Below are positions 48,507 to 57,949 of a DNA stretch of 64,000 nt, piece by piece. Under the pieces are notes generated by a model. The model saw only the letters and a program-made list of their open reading frames with translations. It searched no databases and was not told the DNA's origin. Position 1 is the first letter of the stretch. Each line of letters opens with the position of its first letter. Where the stretch lies: contig JANWKE010000155.1 in NCBI GenBank assembly GCA_025451535.1, positions 1,276 to 65,275 on the forward strand. The letters run 5' to 3'. The translations under genes were made by a program, and so were the position numbers. Source of the DNA: Verrucomicrobiia bacterium. GTDB taxonomy: Bacteria; Verrucomicrobiota; Verrucomicrobiia; Limisphaerales; UBA11358.

Positions 48507-50486
48507 ATGCTGATTTTTGACGAACTGAAAAAGAACGACCCGCAACTCCGCCTGGTGGCGGTGGTGCTGGCGAGTGGTCTGGCTGTTCTGCTCGCCGGTT
48601 TGTGGTGGGTGCAGATTGTTTCCGCGCGCGAATATGAAAGCCATCTGGAAACCCAGTCCTATCGCACGGTGCGCATTCCCGCCGTGCGCGGGAAAATTCT
48701 CGACCGCAACGGCCGCGTGCTGGCCGAAAATCATCCGCAATACAACCTCGGACTTTATCTCGACGACCTGCGAAAGCAGTTCGATGCCGCGTATGGCCAG
48801 TCGCTCGCGCGGATGCGTACCGTTCAAGAACAACGCATCGCCGCGGAGGAGAAAAAACTGGGCCATCCGCTGACGAAAGTCGAACGGCGGCAATTCGCGC
48901 TTACGCCGGAGCAACGCGAACAACTTCACGAACAGGCGCGTTTCCGCGTGGCCAGCGATGTGGTCCGGCAGGTGAGCGAACGGCTGGGCCAGCCGCTCCA
49001 GTTGAATGCGGCGGTGTTCGACCGCCACTACGAAGCCCGGCGCGCCCTGCCTTATCCGCTGTTGACCAATCTTGACAACACCCAGATCGCACGATTTGAG
49101 GAGCAATACACCGGCACTCTGGGGCTGAACCTGGATTTGCAGCCCGTCCGCATTTATCCCTTTGGCAAAACGGCGGGGCATTTGCTCGGTTACCTGCAAC
49201 GGGATGACAGTTCCAAGCAAGGCGAAGACGCCTACTTCAATTACTATCTGCCGGATTATCGCGGGATGGTCGGCATCGAAGCCGGCTGCGACGCGGAATT
49301 AAGGGGGCGGGCGGGAACGGAAGCCGTGCTGGTCAACAACCTCGGCTATCGCCAGTCGGTCAACATCCTGAACCCGTCCGAGCCGGGACAAAATGTCGTG
49401 CTGACGCTGGACATGGACATCGAGGAGGCCGCCACGCAATCCCTCGAACGCCAGCAGGGCGCCGACGTGCGGGCCGCCGTGGTGGTAATGGACGTGCGCA
49501 CCGGCGACGTCCTGGCGATGGTTTCATCGCCATCCGTCGACCCGGATTATGCCGCCAACGATCCGGCGTATCTGGCCGATCCCAAATTGCGCCCGCAAAT
49601 CAACCGTGCCACGCAGGAAAATTACGCGCCCGGCTCGATTTTCAAACCCATCGTCGGCCTCGCCGCGCTCGAAGCCGGCCTGGATCCGAACGCGATTGTG
49701 GACAATCCGGGTTATGTCTATGTCGGGCGGCGGCACATCACGGATCTGGCCCCGCCGGGCCAATACAATCTCCGGCGCGCCATCATTTTCTCCAGTAATA
49801 CCTATTTCATCACCGTCGGTCTGCGCGCGGGCATTGAGAATTTGGTGCGCATGGCCGAGAAATTTCATTTTGGCGAGCGCACCGGCCTGCCGACGCGGCA
49901 GGAGACACCCGGCATTTTCCCAACGTCGAAACAGGTGAGCAGCACGGACTGGCATGATGGCGACTCGGCAAACATTTGTATCGGGCAGGGGGAAATGGCG
50001 GTGACGCCGATGCAAATGGCCGTCGCCTATGCGGCCATTGCCAACGGCGGCACGATCCTCTGGCCGCGGCTGGTCGAGCGCATCGAGCCGCAGGGCCCGG
50101 CTTCCGGCGAAGCCGTGATCAATTACCCGACCGCCGTCGTGCGAGATCATCTCGGCGTCGATGCCCGTCATTTGAAAATTTTGCGCGACGCGATGCTGGC
50201 GGAAACCCAGGAAGGCACCGGGCAGGCCGCGCAAGTGGCCGGTCTGCAAATTTGCGGGAAGACCGGCACGGCCCAGGTCATGAACTCGCGGAACCAGGAG
50301 ATTGACCGCACCACCTGGTTTGCCTCGTTTGCACCCTATGAAAACCCGCGCTACGCCGTCGTGGTCATGATGGAGGGCCGCACTTTTTGGGGCGCAACTT
50401 GTGCGGCGATTGCTCATGATATTTACGGAGAAATTGTGAAAAAGGCGAACCCCGGCGCGCCCAAAAACCTGGCCCGGGCAAACTGA
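48507..50486 (+). CDS. mrdA: penicillin-binding protein 2
   Basis: RG.I.DRNG, PGS.FK (SxxK), SSN (SxN), GKTGTA. Confidence 0.95.
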   Translation: MLIFDELKKNDPQLRLVAVVLASGLAVLLAGLWWVQIVSAREYESHLETQSYRTVRIPAVRGKILDRNGRVLAENHPQYNLGLYLDDLRKQFDAAYGQSLARMRTVQEQRIAAEEKKLGHPLTKVERRQFALTPEQREQLHEQARFRVASDVVRQVSERLGQPLQLNAAVFDRHYEARRALPYPLLTNLDNTQIARFEEQYTGTLGLNLDLQPVRIYPFGKTAGHLLGYLQRDDSSKQGEDAYFNYYLPDYRGMVGIEAGCDAELRGRAGTEAVLVNNLGYRQSVNILNPSEPGQNVVLTLDMDIEEAATQSLERQQGADVRAAVVVMDVRTGDVLAMVSSPSVDPDYAANDPAYLADPKLRPQINRATQENYAPGSIFKPIVGLAALEAGLDPNAIVDNPGYVYVGRRHITDLAPPGQYNLRRAIIFSSNTYFITVGLRAGIENLVRMAEKFHFGERTGLPTRQETPGIFPTSKQVSSTDWHDGDSANICIGQGEMAVTPMQMAVAYAAIANGGTILWPRLVERIEPQGPASGEAVINYPTAVVRDHLGVDARHLKILRDAMLAETQEGTGQAAQVAGLQICGKTGTAQVMNSRNQEIDRTTWFASFAPYENPRYAVVVMMEGRTFWGATCAAIAHDIYGEIVKKANPGAPKNLARAN

Positions 50487-51709
50487 TGTCCACCACCCTG
50501 CTCAATCAAGAACATCATGAACGGTTCGACCGGTTGCAACTGGCCGCGCTGGTGGGGTTGATGATCATCGGTACGCTGTTCGTGTACAGCGCCACGATGG
50601 CCAATCCGGTCATGGCGGCCGTACCCTGGTACGACCAGGCCTGGCTGCGGCAGCTGGTCTGGTACGCGCTCGGCATCGGCGCCGGTGCGGCGTTGTGCCT
50701 GCTGGATTACCACATTCTCGCCCGCTGGTCGTTCGTGGCGTATTGGGCGACGATTTTCTGTCTGTTTGTCGTGTTGATTCCGCACATCGGCTCGATGCGT
50801 TTTGGCGCGCGGCGCTGGATTGATCTCGGCCCGTTCCAATTTCAACCGTCCGAATTTGCCAAACTCGCATTCATCCTGGCCCTGGCACATTTCCTCAGCC
50901 GGCCGGCGGATGAATTGCGGCTGCCGGGGAACTTCTGGAAGGGCATCGGGCTGCTGCTGCTGCCGTTTGCCCTGACCTTGAAGGAGCCGGATCTGGGTTC
51001 GGCGCTGGTTTTGCTGCCAACGGGGCTGGTGATGATGTACGTCGCCGGCACCCCCAAACGCTATCTGTTGAAACTGGTCGGGGCGGTGGGTTTGCTGGCC
51101 GCGTTGTTCCTGGTGGACGTGGTGTTTGTGCCGCCGGGCTGGTGGCAGATTTCCATGGAACCGTACCAACGCGACCGGTTGCTGGTCTATTTTGGAAGGA
51201 ATTACACGGATTTTGCTTCACCGAACGCCGCCCCGGCACAGTTGCAACGCCTCCGGCAACAGCAGTTGGACGATGCGTACAACGTCCGGCAGGCGCTGAT
51301 ATCCGTCGGCTCCGGCGGGCTGACGGGCAAAGGCTGGCGGCAGGGGACCCAGAACGCCCTGGGTTATTTGCCGCGGGCCGTGGCCCACAATGATTTCATT
51401 TTCTCCGTGATTGCCGAGGAGGAAGGATTTGTCGGCAGCCTGCTGGTGCTCGCCTTGTACGCGCTGGTTCTCTTCACAGGGTTGAGAATCGCCGGGCAGG
51501 CGCGCGATCGGCTGGGCCGGCTTGTGGCGGTGGGCGTGGTGACGCTCATCTTCAGCCACGTTTTTATCAATATCGGCATGAACATCCGCATCATGCCCGT
51601 GACGGGCGTACCGCTGCCGCTGCTTTCATACGGCGGGTCCTCAGTGCTTGGCTCGTTAATCGCTGTCGGCTTGATGCAAAACGTACACATCTATCGGAAA
51701 GGATACTGA
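50486..51709 (+). CDS. rodA: SEDS peptidoglycan glycosyltransferase RodA
   Basis: GARRW, QPSE.AK, EPDLG, DFIF..I.EE.G, P.TG.PLP..SYGGSS. Confidence 0.95.
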   Translation: MSTTLLNQEHHERFDRLQLAALVGLMIIGTLFVYSATMANPVMAAVPWYDQAWLRQLVWYALGIGAGAALCLLDYHILARWSFVAYWATIFCLFVVLIPHIGSMRFGARRWIDLGPFQFQPSEFAKLAFILALAHFLSRPADELRLPGNFWKGIGLLLLPFALTLKEPDLGSALVLLPTGLVMMYVAGTPKRYLLKLVGAVGLLAALFLVDVVFVPPGWWQISMEPYQRDRLLVYFGRNYTDFASPNAAPAQLQRLRQQQLDDAYNVRQALISVGSGGLTGKGWRQGTQNALGYLPRAVAHNDFIFSVIAEEEGFVGSLLVLALYALVLFTGLRIAGQARDRLGRLVAVGVVTLIFSHVFINIGMNIRIMPVTGVPLPLLSYGGSSVLGSLIAVGLMQNVHIYRKGY

Positions 51710-51715
51710 CATTCT

Positions 51716-53683
51716 ATGAGTAATAATAATTTTTCACGGCGGCGCCGCGGCATGCGGTTCCGCCCCAAGGGTGGCCTCGGCCAGTCGCCGCAAAAGACCG
51801 ACCGCGAAGCCATCCAGGCGCGCGCGGAGGTGGTCAGCGAACAGGGCGGCGCCGAGCGTTTGTTTGAAAAACGGCATGCGCACGAAATTGAACGCGCGGA
51901 AAACCTGGCCGCCGGGTTGCCTCCGCAGGGAACTCCGGAAACGGCCGAGCCGCCACCCGGCCCGGCCAAAAAGGATTTCCGCGAGCCCCATCCCGAAACG
52001 CCCGCGCGGGCGGAGCCGGAAAAAGCGTTTGAACCCGTGGCCTTGCCGGAACAACCCAGGGGCGTCCTGGACGCCATCAAACTGGCCGCGACCAACCTTG
52101 TGAAAAAAGTCCAGCGGCTCATCCGCCCGGAACACAAGATTCACAAGGAAGTTGTCATCAACGCCGAGACGCTGGAAACGCGCGTCGCCGTGCTCGAAGA
52201 AGGCAAGCTGGAGGAATTCAACATTGAGCGCACCACCGAGGAACGGCTCGTCGGCAGCATTTTCAAGGGCAAAGTCCGCAACCTGGAAGACGGCCTCAAG
52301 GCCGCGTTTGTGGACATCGGCTTCGAGAAGAATGCGTTCCTGCACTACTGGGACATCGTGCCGAATCAATTCGACAGCGGCGTGGAAATCGTCGAACGCG
52401 AAGGCCGCCGGCCCGCCCGGCCCAAGATCACGCAAAAGGACATCCCGCGGCTTTACCCGCCCGGCAGCGAAATCATCGTGCAGGTTACCAAGGGGCCGAT
52501 TGGCACCAAGGGCCCGCGCGTTACCACCAACCTCGTGTTGCCCGGTCGTTATCTCGTCCTGTTGCCGAATTCCGATCAAAGCGGCATTTCGCGCAAGATT
52601 GAAAACCAGGAGGAGCGCAAACGCCTCAAAAAGATCCTGCGGGAACTGTCCATTCCGGAGGGCATGGGCGTCATCATGCGCACCGCCGGGGAAGGGCAGC
52701 AGAAACGTTATTTCGTGCGCGACCTTGCCCTCCTGCTCGAGGAATGGCGTGACGTACAGGAACACATCAAGTCGCAACCGATGGCCACCTGCGTCTTCCA
52801 GGAGCCGGATTTGATCGCGCGCACCGTGCGCGACTTTTTGACGGAGGACGTGGAACGGATTGTGGTGGACCAGCAAAAGGCCTATGAGCAAATGCGCGAA
52901 ATGATTTCAAAAATCTCCGCGCGCGCCGCCAACAAGGTGAAACTTTACGCGGACGCACAGCCGGTTTTTGATCGGTTCAATATCACGAAGCAACTGGAGA
53001 ACACGTTTTCACGCCAGGTCCATTTAAAAAGCGGCGGTTATATCGTCATTGACGAGACGGAGGCCCTGGTGGCGATTGATGTGAACACGGGCCGGCACAA
53101 GGGCAGCCGCGACCAGGAATCCACCATCCTGCGGGTGAACCTCGAAGCCGCCGAGGAGATCTGCCGCCAACTGCGCCTGCGCAACATGGGCGGCCTGATC
53201 GTGCTCGATTTCATCGACATGAAGGGCCGGCGCGACCAGCAGCAGGTTTACCAGCGCGTGAAGGATGGCCTGCGCCGGGACAAGGCCAAGACGCATATCC
53301 TGCCGATTTCCCAACTTGGCCTCATGGAAATGACGCGCCAACGCCACACCGAAAGCGTGCGCTCGGCGGTCTACGACGACTGTCCGTACTGCAAAGGCCG
53401 CGGCAAGGTGAAAAGCGTCGTGACCATGAGCGTCGAGATTCAACGCAAGCTCCAGGAAATCCTGAAGAACCGCACGCGCGACGAATCGGATTTTCAATTG
53501 CGCATCGTCGTGCATCCCACCGTGCTCGACCGGCTTCGGACCGAGGACGAAAAACATCTCATCGAGATGGAGAAACGTTATTTCGGCAAGCTATCGTTCC
53601 GCGCCGACACCGGCATGCACGCCGAGCAGTTCAAGATTGTGAACGTGGAAAACAACGAGGAACTGGCCAGCGTCGGTTCTTGA
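51716..53683 (+). CDS. Rne/Rng family ribonuclease
   Basis: S1 domain AAFVDIG, VQV.K....KG.R, IDVNTG, LRLRN.GG.I..DFIDM, C..C.G. Confidence 0.95.
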   Translation: MSNNNFSRRRRGMRFRPKGGLGQSPQKTDREAIQARAEVVSEQGGAERLFEKRHAHEIERAENLAAGLPPQGTPETAEPPPGPAKKDFREPHPETPARAEPEKAFEPVALPEQPRGVLDAIKLAATNLVKKVQRLIRPEHKIHKEVVINAETLETRVAVLEEGKLEEFNIERTTEERLVGSIFKGKVRNLEDGLKAAFVDIGFEKNAFLHYWDIVPNQFDSGVEIVEREGRRPARPKITQKDIPRLYPPGSEIIVQVTKGPIGTKGPRVTTNLVLPGRYLVLLPNSDQSGISRKIENQEERKRLKKILRELSIPEGMGVIMRTAGEGQQKRYFVRDLALLLEEWRDVQEHIKSQPMATCVFQEPDLIARTVRDFLTEDVERIVVDQQKAYEQMREMISKISARAANKVKLYADAQPVFDRFNITKQLENTFSRQVHLKSGGYIVIDETEALVAIDVNTGRHKGSRDQESTILRVNLEAAEEICRQLRLRNMGGLIVLDFIDMKGRRDQQQVYQRVKDGLRRDKAKTHILPISQLGLMEMTRQRHTESVRSAVYDDCPYCKGRGKVKSVVTMSVEIQRKLQEILKNRTRDESDFQLRIVVHPTVLDRLRTEDEKHLIEMEKRYFGKLSFRADTGMHAEQFKIVNVENNEELASVGS

Positions 53684-53699
53684 AAAATTCTAAAACACA

Positions 53700-53729
53700 A
53701 AGCGCCCCGCGGGAAACTGCGGGGCGCTT
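53700..53729. terminator. hairpin terminator between convergent Rne/Rng gene and hisB
   Basis: AAGCGCCCCGC-gggaaact-GCGGGGCGCTT. Confidence 0.7.
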
Positions 53730-53741
53730 TCAATATTCCTC

Positions 53742-54401
53742 TTACAATTTTCCCTTCGTGCTCGGCAACCGGCCGGTAATGCGCGGATCGCGCCGGCAGG
53801 CGGCATCCACCGCGCGGGCGAAGGCCTTGAACAGCGCCTCGACAATGTGATGCGGCTCGTCGCCATAGAGCAGTTCCAGGTGCAGGTTGCACCGGGCTTC
53901 GTTGGCGAAGGCCTGAAAAAATTCCCTGGCCAGCCCGAAACGGAACGCACTCGAGGCGTCTTGATTTTTTTCCGCGTTGGAGATCTTCTGGGAAAATGCT
54001 TCCAGGCCGCGCCAGACCAGGTGCGGGCGTCCGCCAAAATCACTGACGCAGCGCGCGAGGCATTCGTCCATCGGCACGTAAGCCTCGCCGGTAAACGGAT
54101 TTTTGGGATGAAAACCGGCGCCGTAGCGGCAAATGCCCCGTTTATCGCCGAGCGCGGTGGCAAAAGCCTGCCCCAGCCCGATACCGCAGTCCTCGACGGT
54201 GTGGTGCGCGTCCACTTCCAGATCACCGGCGCAACGAAGCTCCAAATCCACCGTCGCGTGTTTCGCGAACAGCGTGAGCATGTGGTCGAAAAAGGGGATG
54301 CCGGTCTTGACCGATGATTTGCCCTTGCCCTCCAGGTTGAGGCTGACGGCAATGCGGGTTTCTTTGGTGTTCCGCGTGATTTTTGCCTGCCGGGCTTTCA
54401 T
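53742..54401 (-). CDS. hisB: imidazoleglycerol-phosphate dehydratase
   Basis: RNTKET, FFDHML, D.HHTVED, PMDE, HH.VEA.FKA, STKG. Confidence 0.96.
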   Translation of the reverse strand: MKARQAKITRNTKETRIAVSLNLEGKGKSSVKTGIPFFDHMLTLFAKHATVDLELRCAGDLEVDAHHTVEDCGIGLGQAFATALGDKRGICRYGAGFHPKNPFTGEAYVPMDECLARCVSDFGGRPHLVWRGLEAFSQKISNAEKNQDASSAFRFGLAREFFQAFANEARCNLHLELLYGDEPHHIVEALFKAFARAVDAACRRDPRITGRLPSTKGKL

Positions 54402-54448
54402 TGCAGATCATTAAACCAGACCGCCCGGCAGAAAACAAATCGAATGCT

Positions 54449-55363
54449 TCAGGGTTTGGCCGTGGCAGGTGGGACGCCCATTTGCTGTTTGACCCGGTCA
54501 ATTTGTTTTTGAATGGCAGCCGGATCCGGTGAAACCTGCCTGACGGATTCCAGATACTGGATGGCTTGCGTCCAGTGCTTTTCGCTTTCTTCCAGGAACG
54601 CAAGATTCATGGCGGTTTCCTCGAAGGCGAGCTGGTTGGCGGGATCTCGTCTGGCCGCCGCATCTTCCTTGTCCCAGGAGCGCAGACCCGCCAGCCAGAC
54701 GTGGCGGGCGCGATTGGCGTCGTGAAAATTCTCCTCGTAAAGCCAGCCCAGATCGAACAGAAGTTCATTGTTACCCGGGTTATTGCGCAGTCCATCGAGC
54801 AGGAAGTCCCGGGCTTCTGCGGGCTTATGGAGGCGGCGCAACCAGTAAGCTCCGACCGTGTAAGTTTCAATCATTTGTGGATTCATGTCGGAGGCAAGTT
54901 TCAACCACGGCAGAATTTCCTGCACTTCCAATGTTTTCATGTGGCCGGATGCCCCACCGGAACTCAAGTGCGTGTGCCGGTTGGGAACAAACCGGCGGTC
55001 CAGGGCCGCAATCCAATCCGGGGGCGGACCTAAAAAATCGTCGCTGGTTGATGACTCATCCTCGGCTTGCCCGTGAGCCGGGGTCGCCACGTCGTGTTCG
55101 GTCTCCTGCCGGTCAAAAATGGACGGGTAATAGCCGCTGTGAAAATAGGCATCGGCCATCACAAAAAATTGATTTGCAAACAGCCGGCGTCCCTCACCCA
55201 GCAGCAGCTTAAAGACGTTGTCTCCGGCCGACTGGCTTCCGTTCCAAGCCGCAGCGCGCGGCACGTCGTTCCACCACCCGGCGCGCGGCACGAACAACGT
55301 CGCCAGCGTGAAACACACTGCCAGCAGCAGCGCCAGCCACCAGCCGGGCGGGATTCTTTTCAT
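54449..55363 (-). CDS. membrane-anchored TPR-containing protein
   Basis: N-terminal TM; helical TPR-like repeats (L..GL.NNP, LG.LY); coupled to the ABC permease. Confidence 0.75.
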   Translation of the reverse strand: MKRIPPGWWLALLLAVCFTLATLFVPRAGWWNDVPRAAAWNGSQSAGDNVFKLLLGEGRRLFANQFFVMADAYFHSGYYPSIFDRQETEHDVATPAHGQAEDESSTSDDFLGPPPDWIAALDRRFVPNRHTHLSSGGASGHMKTLEVQEILPWLKLASDMNPQMIETYTVGAYWLRRLHKPAEARDFLLDGLRNNPGNNELLFDLGWLYEENFHDANRARHVWLAGLRSWDKEDAAARRDPANQLAFEETAMNLAFLEESEKHWTQAIQYLESVRQVSPDPAAIQKQIDRVKQQMGVPPATAKP

Positions 55364-56139
55364 CAGTTCAAACTTTTTCGGCGGAAGGCCAGCCAGGTCA
55401 ACAGTAAAAACAGGCCGGTATAGGCCGCCGCATAGAGCGCGGCCAGTCCGCAGACCAGCCAGTTCACCAAACCCCAGTCGTTGACCACCCGCTCGCGGAC
55501 GTCAAACAGTTCCAAATGCGGGATAATGAAATAAATCGTGTAAATGATGCTGCGCAACGGTTCGGCATTGTGCAGCGCAACCGTGTTCAGGTGGCGACCC
55601 AGGAACAAAATGCCGGCGACCACGATGAACAGAATCGTAACCGTGGACGATGGCGCGGCAAAAATAATCGAGCCGAGCAATGTCATCGCCGTCACGATCC
55701 CGAGCATGATCCATTGCAGCAAAAACGCCTGCAGATAATCCAACACCGGCCAGTAGTGCTCGCGGGAGCCGGTGATGACCGCAAAAAAGAGATAAAACAC
55801 GGCCAGGGCGGTGCCGCTGGCCAGCCAGCAGCCGAAAAATTTCCCGAGAATGACCTGTCCCCGCGTGACCGGCTTGGCCAACAGCGGAAAAATCGTGCGG
55901 TTTTCCCGTTCGGCGGGAATTTGCCGCGCCGCTGTCGCGATGGTGATGAGCAGGGCGGAAATCCAGATGAGCAGCATGCAGAGGTCTTTCACGTACCGTA
56001 CGATATTGGGGTCCTGAAAGAATCGCACACTGCCGGCCGCAATGGTGAGCAGCGCCGTCAGCACGAACAACACGTAAAAGTCTTTGCGCCGGTAAAGTTC
56101 CTTGATGACCACGCCGGTCAATGCCCAGATGGTGTTCAT
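55363..56139 (-). CDS. ABC-2 type permease (PilI-like)
   Basis: E.ENRTI..LLAKP..R...ILGKF.G; six TM segments. Confidence 0.88.
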   Translation of the reverse strand: MNTIWALTGVVIKELYRRKDFYVLFVLTALLTIAAGSVRFFQDPNIVRYVKDLCMLLIWISALLITIATAARQIPAERENRTIFPLLAKPVTRGQVILGKFFGCWLASGTALAVFYLFFAVITGSREHYWPVLDYLQAFLLQWIMLGIVTAMTLLGSIIFAAPSSTVTILFIVVAGILFLGRHLNTVALHNAEPLRSIIYTIYFIIPHLELFDVRERVVNDWGLVNWLVCGLAALYAAAYTGLFLLLTWLAFRRKSLN

Positions 56140-56903
56140 AACGCGGATTGCGGCTGATAGCCGATGATGTCCAAAAACGCCTTTTCCAGGTTGGAATGAT
56201 TCGAACCGATGACTTCATCCACCCCGCCCACCGCCTTGAGTTCGCCTTGATGGATGATGGCCACACGGTCGCAGATGGTTTCCACCTCGCCCAATTCATG
56301 CGAGGAGAAGAAAACAGTTTTGCCCTCGTTTTTCAGGCGTTGAATGATTTCGCGGACTTTCATGCGGCCCAACGGGTCCAACCCGCTGGTGGGTTCGTCC
56401 AGAATCAGCAGGTCCGGATTGTTGATGAGCGCCTGGGCGATGCCGACCCGCTGTTGCATGCCTTTGGAATAGGTCTTAATAAGCCGTTTGCGCACCGGGT
56501 TCAGTTCAACCAGCTTCAGCAACTGGTCAATCCGCCGGCCGGCTTCCGGGGCTGGCAGGGCAAAAATACGCGCGTAAAAGCGAAGCAATTCCTCCGCGGT
56601 GAGAAATTTGTAGTAATAGGTCATCTCCGGCAGATAACCGATACGCTGGCGGGCGATGGGCTGGCGCACGTCGATGCCAAAAAGATAGGCCGCGCCGCGC
56701 GTCGGCGGAATAAAGCCAAGCAATACGTTGATCGTCGTGGTCTTGCCTGCTCCGTTGGGGCCGAGGAAGCCGAAGACTTCACCGGCACTGACCGAAAGAT
56801 TCAATCCCTTTAAGGCAGGCCTGGTTTCCTGCCGCAAACCCCGCGTGCGATATTCGACACTAAGATTTTCCGTACGCAGAATGGCGTCCATGTGTTTTTC
56901 CAA
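56136..56903 (-). CDS. ABC transporter ATP-binding protein (PilH-like)
   Basis: GPNGAGKTT, YSKGM.QR, LDEPTSGLDP, SSH. Confidence 0.93.
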   Translation of the reverse strand: MEKHMDAILRTENLSVEYRTRGLRQETRPALKGLNLSVSAGEVFGFLGPNGAGKTTTINVLLGFIPPTRGAAYLFGIDVRQPIARQRIGYLPEMTYYYKFLTAEELLRFYARIFALPAPEAGRRIDQLLKLVELNPVRKRLIKTYSKGMQQRVGIAQALINNPDLLILDEPTSGLDPLGRMKVREIIQRLKNEGKTVFFSSHELGEVETICDRVAIIHQGELKAVGGVDEVIGSNHSNLEKAFLDIIGYQPQSAL

Positions 56904-56968
56904 TACCAGAATCCGTGCGACAGGCCAGACAAATCATCATCCTCGCTGCAATTACCACCTGGTGAAAT

Positions 56969-56998
56969 AAAAAGGCCCGAAGCAAGAACCTCGGGCCT
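56969..56998 (-). terminator. terminator after the pilin gene
   Basis: Minus strand AGGCCCGAG-gttcttg-CTTCGGGCCT followed by TTTT. Confidence 0.7.
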
Positions 56999-57026
56999 CG
57001 TGAATGACTTTGTTTTAGCCAATGGC

Positions 57027-57431
57027 TTAATTACCAACTGGCAAGGCGTGTACGAATTGACCGTTTACACCATTAGGTTGGATCGCGCACGCCGGGGCGG
57101 TCGAGGCGTCAACGATGGTATAGCTGGTCCCAAAGGTCTTGGTCGCATCCAGCGGGCACCAGGGCAATGTTCCGCTCGTGCCGCGACCCATGTAAGGTTG
57201 AATGTTGCCGGAAGTTACGGCGTCATTTGGTTTTGCGCCGGTTTCCAGAGCCCATTGCTGGATGGCGCCGTCAACCTGACGGAGGTTGTTGATGCACGCA
57301 TTCTGTTGTGAAGTCGAACGCGCCCTCAGGAAGTTGGGAATCGCGATTGCAGCCAAAAGGCCGATAATGGCCACCACAATCATGATTTCCACCAGTGTGA
57401 AACCCGCTTTGCGGGACGTTTTAATTTTCAT
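57027..57431 (-). CDS. type IV pilin (probable major pilin)
   Basis: RKAG|FTLVEIMIVVAIIGLLAAIAIPNF; short leader, Glu5, Cys residues; own terminator. Confidence 0.88.
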   Translation of the reverse strand: MKIKTSRKAGFTLVEIMIVVAIIGLLAAIAIPNFLRARSTSQQNACINNLRQVDGAIQQWALETGAKPNDAVTSGNIQPYMGRGTSGTLPWCPLDATKTFGTSYTIVDASTAPACAIQPNGVNGQFVHALPVGN

Positions 57432-57538
57432 ACTACTTTTCTTTCTGCTTTACGCGGTGTGAACGCGCAACAGGCGGGTTACTATGATTACGGTTTTGTT
57501 CACTTATTGCCTGTCGCAACCGCATTGTATCCAAATCA

Positions 57539-57555
57539 AGCAGCCTCAGTGCCAA
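57539..57555 (-). promoter_or_regulatory. sigma54 -24/-12 promoter of the pilin gene
   Basis: TTGGCAC-TGAGG-CTGCT versus consensus TGGCAC-N5-TTGCW. Confidence 0.6.
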
Positions 57556-57602
57556 CAATTAAACAACGGTCCGGCCACTTGGTTTCACATCTCCGGGGCA
57601 AT

Positions 57603-57893
57603 TTAACCAGAGGCGGCTTGACCTGGCAATGCCCGGATGGCTCCGTTTGTTTGTATCCTGCTGTCCATAACGGCCAACCGCAGTTTCCTCCGATGCCTTG
57701 TCGCCGGCGGGCATTCTGTAACGTTTCTGGACACCCGAACCCTCCGCTCCGGCCCCTCCGCTTCGCCCGGATCCGCCAATCGGTGGAGGTGGAATTTGCC
57801 TGCGAACCGCACGTCCGTCTCCGACCCCGCAGTTACTTTGATCTCCAAACGGAACTCCACTCCCTTGTCCTTGGGTTTCATTTTAAGAGACAA
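57603..57893 (-). CDS. hypothetical protein
   Basis: 96-aa ORF divergent from thiH; no family recognised. Confidence 0.3.
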   Translation of the reverse strand: MSLKMKPKDKGVEFRLEIKVTAGSETDVRFAGKFHLHRLADPGEAEGPERRVRVSRNVTECPPATRHRRKLRLAVMDSRIQTNGAIRALPGQAASG

Positions 57894-57949
57894 CCCATTC
57901 CCACGCTTCGTTCACTCGACTTTGCGGGCCGGCTTGTTATGATTAAATC

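Noticed and set aside
57027..57431. Electrically conductive pilin
   Set aside because: Only about 8 F/W/Y residues in ~124 mature residues and no aromatic at position 27; not a short Geobacter-type pilin.
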